Assembly: GCF_006345805.1 (NCBI RefSeq)
Contig: NC_042998.1
Location: forward strand, 86,552,001-86,616,000
Reading direction: 5' to 3'
From: Octopus sinensis
Lineage: Eukaryota
Length of the DNA stretch: 64,000 nucleotides
The notes beneath the pieces are model-generated. The model worked only from the letters and a program-made list of their open reading frames with translations, was not told the origin of the DNA and searched no databases. This document shows, piece by piece, positions 50,780-64,000 of this stretch (the stretch's first letter is position 1; each line of letters starts with the position of its first letter). A program made the translations under genes and the position numbers.

Positions 50780-50839
<60 letters not shown>

Positions 50840-53178
50840 TTTCCAAATTATGGTGGTAGGGATATGGAATCCAAATGGGTATCATAATCACATATACCAG
50901 TTATTGACATCACAAATTAATAAGCCATAGACATGAGAGCACATTAGGTTGTCTTCACCAAGCTAAACATGTGTTTCAAAAATGTGAACACAAAATGAGA
51001 ACACAAAATGTAAATGCAGAATATATATTATTGAAATTAGAATTGAAATTAAGTAAACAATAGTAAGTTGAGAAGGCAATTAAATTAAACTCCTGTAGCA
51101 GATGCTTAGTGAAATTCTTTCTCTCTCTGTTATATATACATAAGTACAGACATAGTAAAAATAATAATAATAAATGCACGTAAAAAATGCATATTTTGCA
51201 GTGTGCATTAGTTAATTGCTGCAGAAACATGTAGAGGTGCAGAAACGAAGAGAAGTAATTAGTATTATCATCATCATCATTGTTGTGTAACATCCATTTT
51301 TTGTGCTGGCATTGGTTGGGCAGTTTGACTGGGAACTGGCAAGCCTGGAGGCTGCACCAGGCTCCAATCAGATCTGGCAATGTTTCTACAACTGGATGCT
51401 CTTCCTAACGCCAACCACTCTGAGAGTGTAGAGGGTGCTTTTTACATATCACAGGTGCAGGAGTCAGTCTCATGGCACTGGCATTGGCCATGTTCAGATC
51501 GTGCATTTTATGTGCCACTGGCATGAGGAGCCAGTCAAGCGGATCTGGCAGCAACCCACACATGGTGCTTATTGCATTCCACCAGCACTGCTATCGGCCA
51601 CAACTACAATTTCCATTTGATTGTGATTTGATTTGATTTTGATCTATTTGACTCAGTAGGTCTCCTCAAGCACAGCATGTTGTCCAACAATTCAAAGGTA
51701 CTTTTTAAATGGGCTTGTTATGCGACACTGGTGTAGGCTATGTCTGTGATCTCACTTTCCTTGCCAGGACTTCTCAATCACGGCATATCTCCAGAGATCT
51801 TGGTCTTTTGTCAATGCCTCTGTGAGGCCCAACTTTTGAAAATCATGCTTCATCACTGTTCCTTCCACTGTTAGAGAGTGACACTTCTTCACACAGCTCT
51901 CCTCATCCATATGTAGCACATGACCATACCAGTACAGCCATCTCTCTTGAACACTACATCTCATGCTTCTTATATCCAACATTTCTCTCAGGTTGCTTAC
52001 ACTCTGTTGTGTGTGCACACTGACATTACACATTCAGCGAAGCATACTAGCTTCATTTCTTTCAAGCCTATGCATGTCTTCAGTAGTCATGGCCTATGTT
52101 TCAGTGCTGTGTAGCATGGAAGTTTGCACACAGGCATCATGCAATCTACCTTTTTACTCTGAGCGAGAGGCCTTTGTCACCAGTAGAGGTAGGAGCTTTC
52201 TGAATTTTGCCCAGGCTATTCTTATTCTGGTAGCAACACTCTCTGCGCATCCAACCTCACAGCAGACTTGGTTACCTAGGTAGTGGAAGCTATCAACTAC
52301 TTCTAGTTTCTCCCTCTGGTATGTGATGGAATCAGTTTTCTAAGCATCTGTGGTGTTTATTGCCCATGTGCATCTGCCGCACACAAAAGCTATCTTCTCA
52401 GTAAATCTTCTTTTGATGTTGCTGCACCTCTTATGTGTCCATAGATTACACTGGGTACATTTTATGGAGTTTCTACCTACACTTTTTCTACAGATCGAGC
52501 AGGACCATCTACCTAAAGGGTTTTGTGATGTGTTCACCTTCCTACTTACTAGGACTTTGGTTTTTGCCACATTGACTCTAAGGCCCTTCATTTATAAACC
52601 TTGCTTCAACACCTGAAATTTCTTCTCTAGTTCTGGTAGTGATTCCACTATTAGAGCAAGGTCATCAGCATAGAGGAGTTCCCAGGAGCAGCCTATTATT
52701 GCCTGGGAGACTATGATAAGAAGGGCTGAGGGCTGATCCTTGATGAACCCTTACTTCTACCTGGAATTATTCACTATACTTATTGTCGACCCTTACCTTA
52801 CTAACGGCATCCCTGTACAAAGCCTGTACAGCTCTTATTAACCACTTATCAATCCCCAATTTCTGCATCAGCCACCAGATAAGGGATTGAGGACCCTGTC
52901 AAAGGTTTTCTCCAAATCAACAAAAGCCAAGTATAGGGGCTTATCTTTGGCTAGGTATTTCTCCTGCAGTTGCCAAGAGTATAGCATCAGTGGTGTTTCT
53001 ACCTGGTAAACCGAACTGCATTTCACATGTCTCATCAGACCCAAATACTGGTAGCCAAATTATTATAAGCAATCCTTAAATGTTTACTGAGATAGGACTG
53101 ATTTTTACATGGGATGTATATTTTTTCTTCTCATTTTTTATAATATCCAATGAAATATATATATTTTGCTTTTTACAG

Positions 53179-53267
53179 ATTCATATTTTATCTGAATCGG
53201 ATGAAGTCAAAATTGTGTTTGCAAAGCCAATTGAGAAGGTTAGGAGTCAAAACCATGAATTTATACA
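53179..53267 (+). CDS. Cadherin exon 5 (start of membrane-adjacent SEA-like domain)
   Basis: ttttacag|ATT, phase 0. Reads IHILSESDEVKIVFAKPIEKVRSQNHEFI plus CA|gtaag (phase 2). Confidence 0.85.
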
Positions 53268-53361
53268 GTAAGGACACTGATATTTTTTCTTATATGTTGC
53301 ATGCAACCACTTTGTATATTATGTGTGTGTGTGCACATATACATAGTTATATGTATATAAA

Positions 53362-53422
<61 letters not shown>

Positions 53423-54091
53423 TAGAACAGCAGAGATTGGATGAAACGCTGATAGAACAGTAGAGATTGGATGAAATATTGATAGAAAGCAGAAAAATTT
53501 ATTGGTAACTAGCCATGAGACTCAAACTCACATCTCATTGATTACCAATCAAGTGCTATACCAATTAAGCTAAGCTGCCTACTGACAAATTAATCTGCAG
53601 TTTTAGAACTTATAAAGCTACCGAGCACAACACTGCATGGCTAAATGTTATTATGATAGATGTAAACAAACTAATGCTTATTTTAGAAATGTTGAAATGA
53701 GAATAGTGAGATACAAATAAGATGATTGATTTTCAAATGCATGAACACTGACAGAACTGCAGAGATTGGATAAAATATCCAGAGAAAGTGGAAAATTTGT
53801 CAGCAATCAGCCATGATACTTGAACTCACATTCCTCTGAGTACCAGTCAAGTGCTTTACCAATTAAGTTGTCCATGGGAAATTTAGCTTAATTCATAAAC
53901 ACTTGGCTGATAATCAAAAGGAAGTGAGTTCAAGTTTTATTGCTGGTTGCTGACAAATTTTTCTGATTTCTATGGATATTTTATCCAATTTCTGCTGTTC
54001 TGTCAGCGTTTATGTATTTGAAAATAAATTATCATCTCACAATACATATTTCAACGCTTCTAAAACAGACATTAGTTTGTTTACATTTATC

Positions 54092-54174
<83 letters not shown>

Positions 54175-54179
54175 GTATG

Positions 54180-54213
<34 letters not shown>

Positions 54214-54651
54214 TGTATGTATATATAGGCGCAGGTGTGGCTGTGTGGTAAGTAGCTTGCTAACCAACCACATGGTTCCGGGTTCAGTCCCACTGCGTGG
54301 CATCTTGGGCAAGTGTCTTCTGCTATAGTCCCGGGCCGACCAATGCCTTGTGAGTGGATTTGGTAGACGGAAACTGAAAGAAGCCTGTCGTATATATGTA
54401 TATATATATATGTGTGTGTGTTTGTGTGTCTGTGTTTGTCCCCCTAGCATCGCTTGACAACCGATGCTGGTGTGTTTATGTCCCTGTCACTTAGCGGTTC
54501 GGCAAAAAAGAGACCGATAGAATAAGTACTGGGCTTACAAAGAATAAGTCCCGGGGTCGAGTTGCTCGATTAAAGGCGGTGCTCCAGCATGGCCGCAGTC
54601 AAATGACTGAAACGAGTAAAAAGAGAAAAAGAAAAAAGAGAGATATATATG

Positions 54652-54685
<34 letters not shown>

Positions 54686-54854
54686 TATATACAAATATAT
54701 ATATATTAAATTAAATTAGAGATAAAACCACTATTAGGCAAATCAAACAGTGAAAAACATAAGCCAATACATAAAATTAATTTAAAATATAAAAGTTAAA
54801 AATAAAAAATTATTTAAATAATTTAAACTTATAAATTTTATATATATATACAAA

Positions 54855-54917
<63 letters not shown>

Positions 54918-54938
54918 GTATATGTATATATGTGTGTA

Positions 54939-54995
<57 letters not shown>

Positions 54996-55066
54996 ATGTA
55001 TATGTGTATATATATATGTATATATGTATATATATATATAAAAATGTATATATATATATGTGTGTA

Positions 55067-55130
<64 letters not shown>

Positions 55131-56210
55131 TACACACACACATGCACATACACACACACACACACACACATATATAGTGTGTGTGTCTGGTGATACAAAC
55201 AGAAAAACAGAATGCAAAATGAGTGTATGCATATTTTTTTTTTATCGATTTTCAGCAGAAGCAACAGAGTAACTCAAGGGCCAAGAGTTTCATGTGCTGG
55301 CACTTATCAAACTCTGTATGTGGTATGTGTGTGTCTGTGCACGTGCGTGCCTGTGTGTGTGCGTGTGAGTGTGTGTGTGTGTGTGCGACTGGGCGCATGT
55401 GTATGTATGTGTGTACCCATGGTGAATAAATATTCTTTATTCATGGGGTAACCAGACTATTAGTGGTTTCATGTTCAGAGAGATATCTCTTTACTCTTTA
55501 CTCTTTTACTTGTTTCAGTACTTATTCTATCGGTCTCTTTTGCTGAACCGCTAAGTAACGGGGACATAAACACACCAGCATCGATTGTCAAGCAATGCTA
55601 GGGGGACAAACACAGACACACAAACACACACACGCATATATATATACACGACAGGCTTCTTTTCAGTTTCCGTCTACCAAATTCACTCACAAGGCTTTGG
55701 TCGGCCCGAGGCTATAATAGAAGACACTTGCCCAAGGTGCCACACAGTGGGACTGAACCCGGAACCATGTGGTTGGTAAACAAGCTACTTACCACACAGC
55801 CACTCCTGTGCCTCTCAACAATTTTTAAAGTCTACCTTGGGATGTTAGGATTTGTCTCCATCTTGGATAAACAATAAAACACAATAGAGTCACATGCTAT
55901 TTAATAGTGTCAGGCGACATTTAATAGAGTCATGTGAGATTTGTTTTTACTTATATGTATGTGTATGCCTGATTACATGTTTTTCACATATTGTCAATGC
56001 ATAGGATTACTCTTTTACTTGTTTCAGTCACTTGACTGTGGCCATGCTGGAGCACTGCCTTTAGTGAAGCAAAGTGACCCCAGACTTATTCTTTGTAAGC
56101 CTAGTACTTATTCTATCAGTCTCTTTTGCCAAACTGCCAAGTTACGGGGACGTAAACACACCAGCATCGGTTGTCAAGCAATGTTGGGGGGACAAACACA
56201 GACACACAAA

Positions 56211-56279
<69 letters not shown>

Positions 56280-58660
56280 ACACACACACACACACATACA
56301 TATATATATTATATACATATATACGATGGGCTTCTTTCAGTTTCCTCTACCAAATCCACTCACAAGGTTTTGGTTTGCCTGAGACTATAGTTGAAGACAC
56401 TGGTCCAAGGTGCCGCGCAGTGGGACTGAACCCGGAACCATGTGGTTCCTATGCCTATTTATAAGTTTGTGTATATATTTATGCAAAAGTTTCTGCATAT
56501 ATTCATGTCTGTGTGTATATTCATTCTGTGAAATATTCAGTGAATCAATTAGTATCATGCACATAAGCACACATATACATGAATGTGTATGTACAAACAC
56601 ACACACACATACACACACACACACTGACACACATGCACATGTACATAGACATTGATAGCCACCTGTATTTATTCATATATATGTGTGTGTGTGTGTGTGT
56701 GTGTCTGTGTGTGTGTACGTACAGGCAACAGGTGAGAGTGACACATGCTCAGTAGAGAACACAAATAACCTCAAATGAATTTAAAGCTAAACTCTGATTT
56801 CTTCATCTTGGGTGAAGCCTGGCTATAAGAGAAATACAAATTGAATTGATATGGAGGTGGTAATGCAAATGAACACATGCTTTATATATATATATATATA
56901 TATTTATACAATAATATGTTACATTACTCGATAGTCAAGATAAAACTCTGAGTCCGGGAGGTGATTTATTGGAAGGTGCGGTCTATGCGACATGGAGAGA
57001 TGGAGAGATGGCTTATCTGGAAAAGCAGCTTAGACCCTACTACATGTCTAAACACAAGGACAGAACTTTTCGGATCATGCCCACATGTGACTAAATTTCT
57101 GTTACGTTTTTGGTCCCCTAAAGAAAACAGATAGAACATGCTTTCTATGTTATGTTCCAAGAAGATTTTATATATTTTTATATATTTTTTATGTATTTTT
57201 ATATAATTCTTATGACGAAAAATGCGAGCGATGTATAAGTACGCAGGCAAGCAGAGTTATAACACAGTAATTTCCCTTTATATAACGGTATATTTTCATA
57301 GCGTTTTCAAATAGCCAGATAACCGAAGAGATGGTGTCGTGGATTTCCACTTTGGCATCTGAAACTCAGAGTTTTATCTTGACTATCGAGTAATGTAACA
57401 TATTATTGTATAGATAAATTTCCTCTATTTACATAATATTGAGGTCTCTTTCTTTCTTTTGTTATCTTACCGTTTTACCAATATATAAATAGATATATAT
57501 CTCTCTCTATATAAACGGCAGTTTGTCTGTCTGTGTGTCTGTCAGGTTGTACCCTCACCCTGACCACGGCTTTCAACCGATTCTGATGAAATTTGACACA
57601 CACATAGCCCAATGTCATAATTCAAAACTAATGCAGCGAAAATATTTTAAAAGTTCCCCCAGTTCTGAAAAAAATGTATAAATTCGACATGGGGTCGAGA
57701 ATCTAAGCTTTTTATATGCAACACATTTTCTGTTGTAGTTTTCGCAACTTGCAATCGATTTTCACCAAACTCATGGGGAAGCTTAATGTTACCCTAAGAA
57801 ACTTAATTCTGCCGTTAGTTTTCCATGCAATACCTCACCATCAGAAAAAATCAATAAAATCATGCCATTTTGGGAAATCGCGTTCAAATTCAAGATGACA
57901 TATTTTCGACAATATCTTTCACAAATTGGCTGGAATTTTTTTTTAAATTCACAGCGAGCATCATGTCTGCACCAAGGAGCTATATGGCCCTTTTTATTCC
58001 AATAGGATACTTTATTACTGGAAAAAATCGGTTAATTAAATCATATGTGGCACACATAGCAAACCGATTTGTGTATTAAATACAAACCACAGACTGTCTA
58101 GGGGACTCAACTCGACCTTTTTAACTCTCGGAACACGTGGGGTAAGTATCCCAAAATGTATAAAAATGTAGAAAAACGGCAAAAAAGCGGGCAGCAATGT
58201 GAGTGACAACAACGAAAAAGTCAAAAGTGACCAAACTGAACAAACGAATGGAAAAGGTTTTTTGGTGCACACGACAAAAGCGGTTTATAATAAACCAAGA
58301 GTTTGCAAGTAGCATCCGAGGACCCTTAGGGTACGTCAAAAAATTCAAGGTAAAACGTTTGGGGTGGTAGTTATAAAGAAAGTTTAAACAAAAAAAGTAT
58401 TCGAATAACTTGTGGCTGCAGCAGCTATTAGCAGAAGTGGGGGTAAAGTCTCGAATGTAATTTCTTCCTAGTAGGAAATGGTTGGGTTGAATTATCGATA
58501 GCTGTTTGATAGTTATTTGGGAGTGAAGAGAAGACATTGCAACCTACACATGCGCCTTCATTCCCTAGAGGGAAAGGACTAGATTGGGATTAGTCGTTGC
58601 CTACTAGGGGCTCTTATATACACGGGCAACGCCGGGCTATGCTGCTAGTATATATATACA

Positions 58661-58703
<43 letters not shown>

Positions 58704-59707
58704 TTACATGTATCACAAAAATACAAAATAGAACATGTAATTTATTAGTATGACAGCTGTTTCAAGAAGCTCAGAGTTATGAAATAATTATAATAATCAT
58801 AATTTTCATGTGAAATGTACAAAACATGATGGGTATGTAACCAGTAACCAGTCACATGAAGGTATTGCAGTATGTCTGGCTCCTCTCATCAAGAGAAGAT
58901 TGGTAAATGCAGTTCATATCGTAGTGCAAGCAAATATAATGGTTAAAAAGGGAGAGGAAGCAGAATGCGATGTATGGGACAGAGGAAGAACTTCTACAAT
59001 ATAAGAAGAAAGGAATAGGGAAAGAAGTGAAGAAACAGAGAGGGCAGGAAGATGAAGTTAAAGCCATCCTGTTCAAAGCAAATGTCATGAGACAGTTGAT
59101 CAATTAGGAATGCCATCTGGTCTGTCAAAGTGGCAGAAAGAGATGAGCATTGAGATAAAGTAGTGGAGCTGGGGTAGTGGAGGAAGGAAGCATGCTGAAA
59201 GAGTAAAGGAAAGTAAACTGATGTTAAAATACTTAAATAATCAGCGAAGAGATTTAGTCACAATTAGGAGCAATTATAAAGACTTTACATAATGAGAAAA
59301 AGGGGAATAAGATCTATGTTTATGTGAAAAGATATGTTAGAGAACCTATTAAGTAACAACGTATTATAATGACTATTTTGCATTTTGGTTGGGAAGCAGA
59401 ATTCTTACAACATAGCCACATCTGCATCTAGTCAGAGGACTGCACCAACCAAGCTCTGTTGTCTGCTTTGGTATGGTTTCTACAGCTGGGCACCTGCCAC
59501 TGAAGAAGTGCAGTATGCTGAAATTATGTGATTTGGAAGTTCTTGTCTGCTACGTTATATGTGAGTGCTTTTAGCAGTGTATATCTATATGAGAAGACCT
59601 ATCAAGGCAAATACCACAATATTCAGTGTGTTAATGATATATCCATGTTTTTTGCTATTAATACTACTTCTTCCATCTCTAATGTTTGTATGTGTATATG
59701 TTTCTAG

Positions 59708-59800
59708 ATTTCTTCAATCAGTTGTGGGAGATGAATATGAAATTGTTCCTGGCAAACTTGATGTCTCCAAAAATGATAAAGGTGAACTTGATCCTCTCAG
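59708..59800 (+). CDS. Cadherin exon 6
   Basis: tttctag|A completes CAA (Q) from exon 5. Reads FLQSVVGDEYEIVPGKLDVSKNDKGELDPL plus AG|gtattt. Confidence 0.8.
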
Positions 59801-59830
59801 GTATTTTATTTTATATAATGGTTTTACTGC

Positions 59831-59862
<32 letters not shown>

Positions 59863-60453
59863 TGTGTGTGTGTATGTGTATGTGCATGTGTGTGTTCCCT
59901 CAGCATTTTTAGTCTTCATATAAAATTAAAGATGGAATTAAAACACATAACAAAGCAGAAATTATTGTAATCAACATTATAACAAAGAATAGTGCAAGAA
60001 CATACATAGTAGATTTTTTTGCCACCCTCCATCTAGTACAAAGCAGTGCTGGGGGGGGGGAGTGCTAGCCTCCCCTGTTCGAAAATATAAGGACAAAGAT
60101 AGTGTGTCGTATAGCCAGCTGGAGACGATGTCTCCTGGGGCTAAAAAACAGTAACATTCGCCCCAAAATGGGACTACCACATTAGGTTGGCAAAAAATCA
60201 TTACTTTAAAGTGCTGCTACTGAATGTCTCTTGTTGAGAGATTTAGGAACAACAATGTTTCTACATTAAACACAGTAGAGTTTCAGACTAAATGCTTTAC
60301 TATATATTATTACATTTCTCTGTGTTTTGGGTAAAAAGAAAATCCTGCCTGTGGCGACATTGTGCTTATTACTCTGTAGTTGATAAAATTAGCATTCTAT
60401 TTATGCATGCATGTATGTAGATATATGCATATATATAATATATGTGCATGCAT

Positions 60454-60494
<41 letters not shown>

Positions 60495-62479
60495 CACGTA
60501 ATTGCATAAATATACATACATATGCACATATATATGTATATACACATATTTATCATATCATCATCATCACCATCATTAGCATCTGCTTTCCATGCTGGCA
60601 TGGGTTTGATATTTTACACAGCTGTCCTCATTCATATGCATCACATGACTGTACTATTGCAGCTGTCTCTCTTGCACATCACATCAGATGCCTCTTATGT
60701 CCAACATTTCACTCAAGATGCTAACACTCAGTTGTACATGCACACTGATATTGGACATCTAAACAAAGCATACTAGCTTCATTTCTTTCTAGCCTCTGTA
60801 TATCGGCGGCAATCATAACCCATATTTCACTGCTGTGTAGCAGGGCTGTTCACACACTGGCATCATACAATCTGCCTTTCACTCTGAGGGAGTTGCCCTT
60901 AGTTACCAACAGAGGTAGGAGTTCTCTGAACTTTACCCAGCCTATGTATGTATGTATGTATGTATGTATGCATGTATGTATGTATGTATGTATGTATGTA
61001 TGTATGTATGTATGCATGTATGTATTCATGCATGCATGTATGTATGTATGTATGTAGTATGTATGTATGTATGTATGCATGTATGTATGTATGTATGTGT
61101 GCATGCATGCATGTATGTATGTAAATTTATGTGTAATATATTGGTCAGTTGTTCATAAGTAAGAAAAATGTTTGCTCTAAAATAAATTTTGAGCAGATTT
61201 ACTTTAATGGATTTGAGTTGTATATCATAGGTTATGGCAACAACTGGTTAGAAAATTATGATTGGTTTCAGGTCTACTATTTCACTGGGCAATATTGATG
61301 ACCCATCAGCCATATGCATACATACATATATACATATGTACATACATACAAACATATAGGATCTTGCAGATAAATTGAGACAGTTTTTACAATGCATAAA
61401 ACTGGTTTAAATAATAAAATGAGTCCAGAACATTTACTCCCCATGGACAATAACCCCATTGTTGCTTGAAGGATGCCCCACAAAAAATAATTGATAGAGT
61501 TGTGATCTGGGCTATTACTGGGCCAGATGTTGGCCCTCATAAAAAATGGCACCGTTTCACCAAGTAAGGCCTGTGTTGCTTTTGACCCATGGCATGGTGT
61601 GGAATCCTGGTTAAGCACCACATTGTCAAGCCCAAACTTCTGTCCTGTCCAAGATAGCAGAGAGTTTTTCAGGATATCCAGATACTCCTTTGTGCCGATC
61701 TTCAAGCCAGACTCAATAAAGTGTGGATCCATGACACTTCCATCACTCATCACGGCTCCAAATACCATCACAGAGGTAGAACTTTTAGTCTCAAACACAG
61801 CAGGGACATCAGAAGTGTTGTATGCAGCCACTTGAGAATTTTTGTCATTCACCTCAGCGTCCACAGTGAACTTCTCGTCCACAAACACAAGAGTTTCTCC
61901 TGCACCTTGATGCTTGATGAATGACAGGAGCTTTGAGCATCTCTTGGCTCTGATTGCTTTGGCCTTGGCTGTTAGGAGGCAACAGTATCGTTGAACATAG
62001 CTAGTCATGCCAAAGTCCCTGTTCACAGCTCTGGACACTGTGGAAAGGGACACATTGCATTTCTTTGAAAGAGTTGTAATGGTTGTCATGGATGTGGGTG
62101 GGTTAGCTTCAGTTGAGCCTTTGAAGTTAGCAAGAAACTTTGAATTTTCCTTGGAAACACTTTGAGTCTTGTGTTCTTTTCTTTCAATCTTTCCCTCTTC
62201 TTTTAATAGTCTATGCACATGATAAACTGTTGCTTTTTGGAAGTTTTCTCAACTTTAGAATTTTCTTGGCAGAGTGTCCAGTGCATGCCAAAATAACAAT
62301 GGCAGAAAAATTCTGTTGTTGAATCAGTTTGTTATTTACCTGAAAAATAAAGTGGAGGATTAGATTTTCAAGTAAGCAAGGTTTTATCAAAAATGAAAAT
62401 GTTAAACCCACTAAGTCAACTGCTTAAAATTGGTCTCAATTTATCTGCAAGACCCTGTACATACATACATGCATGCATA

Positions 62480-63700
62480 CCAGATCGAGTCAAAAGCTTT
62501 GCAACATTTTGATGACGTTTTTGCTTTATTCATCAAGTTACAACAAAAGTAACCTAGCATTGAAAGTAGATGCCATCGTGTTGCAGTGCCTGAAGCCACC
62601 TTTCTGCCAGTTCTTTGATTCCATGTTGATACCAGTTCTTGTCCATTGAGGTGAAGAACTCCTTTGCTGAAGCTTCCACCTCCTCTTAGTTGATGAAAAA
62701 TTGTGAGCATAGGAATCAAACCATGGATTGGAATAAGTTGCGAGGTTGCGACTATATGCTGGGTGTGGTATTAGTTCAATTCCCTCAAGTTTTGGGAGTT
62801 TATTCTCTGTTGTTTGAATGGTATGCGGTCTTGCATTGTCTTGCTGTAGTAGAGCTCACTTTCTGTTAACCAGTGCTGGGTGTCTTTGCTGCATAATTGC
62901 ATAATCCTCTCCTGCTGTTTAGAGTACAGATTAGCACCAATATTTCAACCATCTGGGATGAACTTATAGTGAATTATCTCCTCATAATTCCATGCAGAAC
63001 ATCACCTTGTGTTCAGAATGCTCATGTTTTGTGACAGGTTCCAGAAGCTGGCTCTTGCTTAATCAATACTTATGCATGGATTGTGGAAAATATTCACATT
63101 CTATTGCATGTTACTATCCTCTTAAGGAACTGCAGATTATGCAGATTTTCCAGGAGTTCCTTGCAAAACATTCACTTGCTCTGTACATGAGCTGGGCTCA
63201 TTCTATGAGGCTGAATTGAGCAGCTCCAGTTGTTTTTGCTGAGGTTGCAAAGGTGACTAGCCACACTGGACTATAAGAGTTTGAACTTGCCTGTACTCTC
63301 CAAGTGCTACTTACTGGATTTACTTTTATAGCTTGGAGCATGGCCTCAGAATCTATGGTTTTAGGCCTGCCTGACCTTATCTGATTGTCGTGGTTCTTGC
63401 AATCTGAGTGAAAATTCTTGAATCATCTGGTTACTGTACTGTGATCAACTGCACCTTCACATTTTGTGCAACAAATGTTTTTGGCCCAGTTTGAACACAA
63501 AGCATATATTCCTGAATTAGACTTCATTGCACATTCAAATCACATGTGGAGGGAAACAATGTACAACACATCAGTGCACTACCATGATGCTACCAACCTC
63601 AGCATTACCTTCCACAGCTTGAACTATTTCAGGTATACAATAGAAACACCTAGCAAACTAACCTGTATGCAAATATTGCAAATCTTTTAACTTGCCTTTG
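62480..63700 (-). mobile_element. Full-length degenerate mariner (DD34D-type) transposon
   Basis: Imperfect ~28-bp TIRs (CAGATCGAGTCAAAAGCTTTGCAACATT vs CAAAGGCAAGTTAAAAGATTTGCAATATT) with TA on both sides. Broken ORF with HTH (AVDHSTVTR, RSGRP), LLQQDNARPH and PHPAYS. Confidence 0.85.
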
Positions 63701-63826
63701 TACAGACATACATGCATACACACAACCACACACACACATGTCTGTGTGGTTAAGAAACTTGCTTCTCAGTCATATAGTCATGATTTTGTGTGTGTGTGTG
63801 TGAGTGTGTGTGTGCGTGTGCGTGTG

Positions 63827-63862
<36 letters not shown>

Positions 63863-64000
63863 TTAATAGAAGTTTTGATTTGTGTGACCTTTTGACTCTT
63901 CTGTATTGTAGAACTTAGAAACTTGTCCCTTCATCTATAATTGGAGATGTCTCTAAATACTAGAAAAAAGATTGGGGAAGAAAGAAAAGACAAAAAGTAA

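Larger units (their letters stand above)
48712..62783 (+). repeat. Copy B of the duplication; contains second copies of all elements listed within 1-14040
   Basis: actgacttcaacc at 48712 matches position 1; ttagttcaattcc ending at 62783 matches 14040. Confidence 0.98.

Noticed and set aside
59801-64000. Next cadherin exon (rest of the SEA-like domain and transmembrane segment)
   Set aside because: No phase-2 acceptor with a convincing open frame was found; the region is mostly LINE, maT and mariner sequence.

Overview
AT-rich, microsatellite-dense animal DNA. The SINE/LINE families look like octopus (coleoid cephalopod); this is inferred from memory of repeat families, not from a search. The only host gene I can support is the 3' extracellular part of a + strand multi-exon cadherin of the CDH23/Cad87A-Cad88C type. 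Six exons are visible (23114-23291, 24517-24727, 33543-33849, 35285-35515, 53179-53267, 59708-59800), encoding the last ~3 EC repeats and the start of a membrane-adjacent SEA-like domain. The spliced frame needs three single-base insertions, all at homopolymers. Positions 1-14040 are a near-identical copy of 48712-62783 that ends at a 100-N gap and puts duplicates of exons 5-6 upstream of exon 1, most likely an allelic haplotig. Everything else is transposon-derived: a nearly intact 3.9-kb RTE LINE, a decayed LINE family with a PHD-type finger inserted in its reverse transcriptase, R4/Dong fragments in (TAA)n tracts, two Penelope-like remnants (one with a type I hammerhead ribozyme fold), five Helitron pieces, Tc1, maT and mariner relics, MITEs, tRNA-derived SINEs and a tRNA-Arg pseudogene. 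No CRISPR, rRNA or prokaryotic features.
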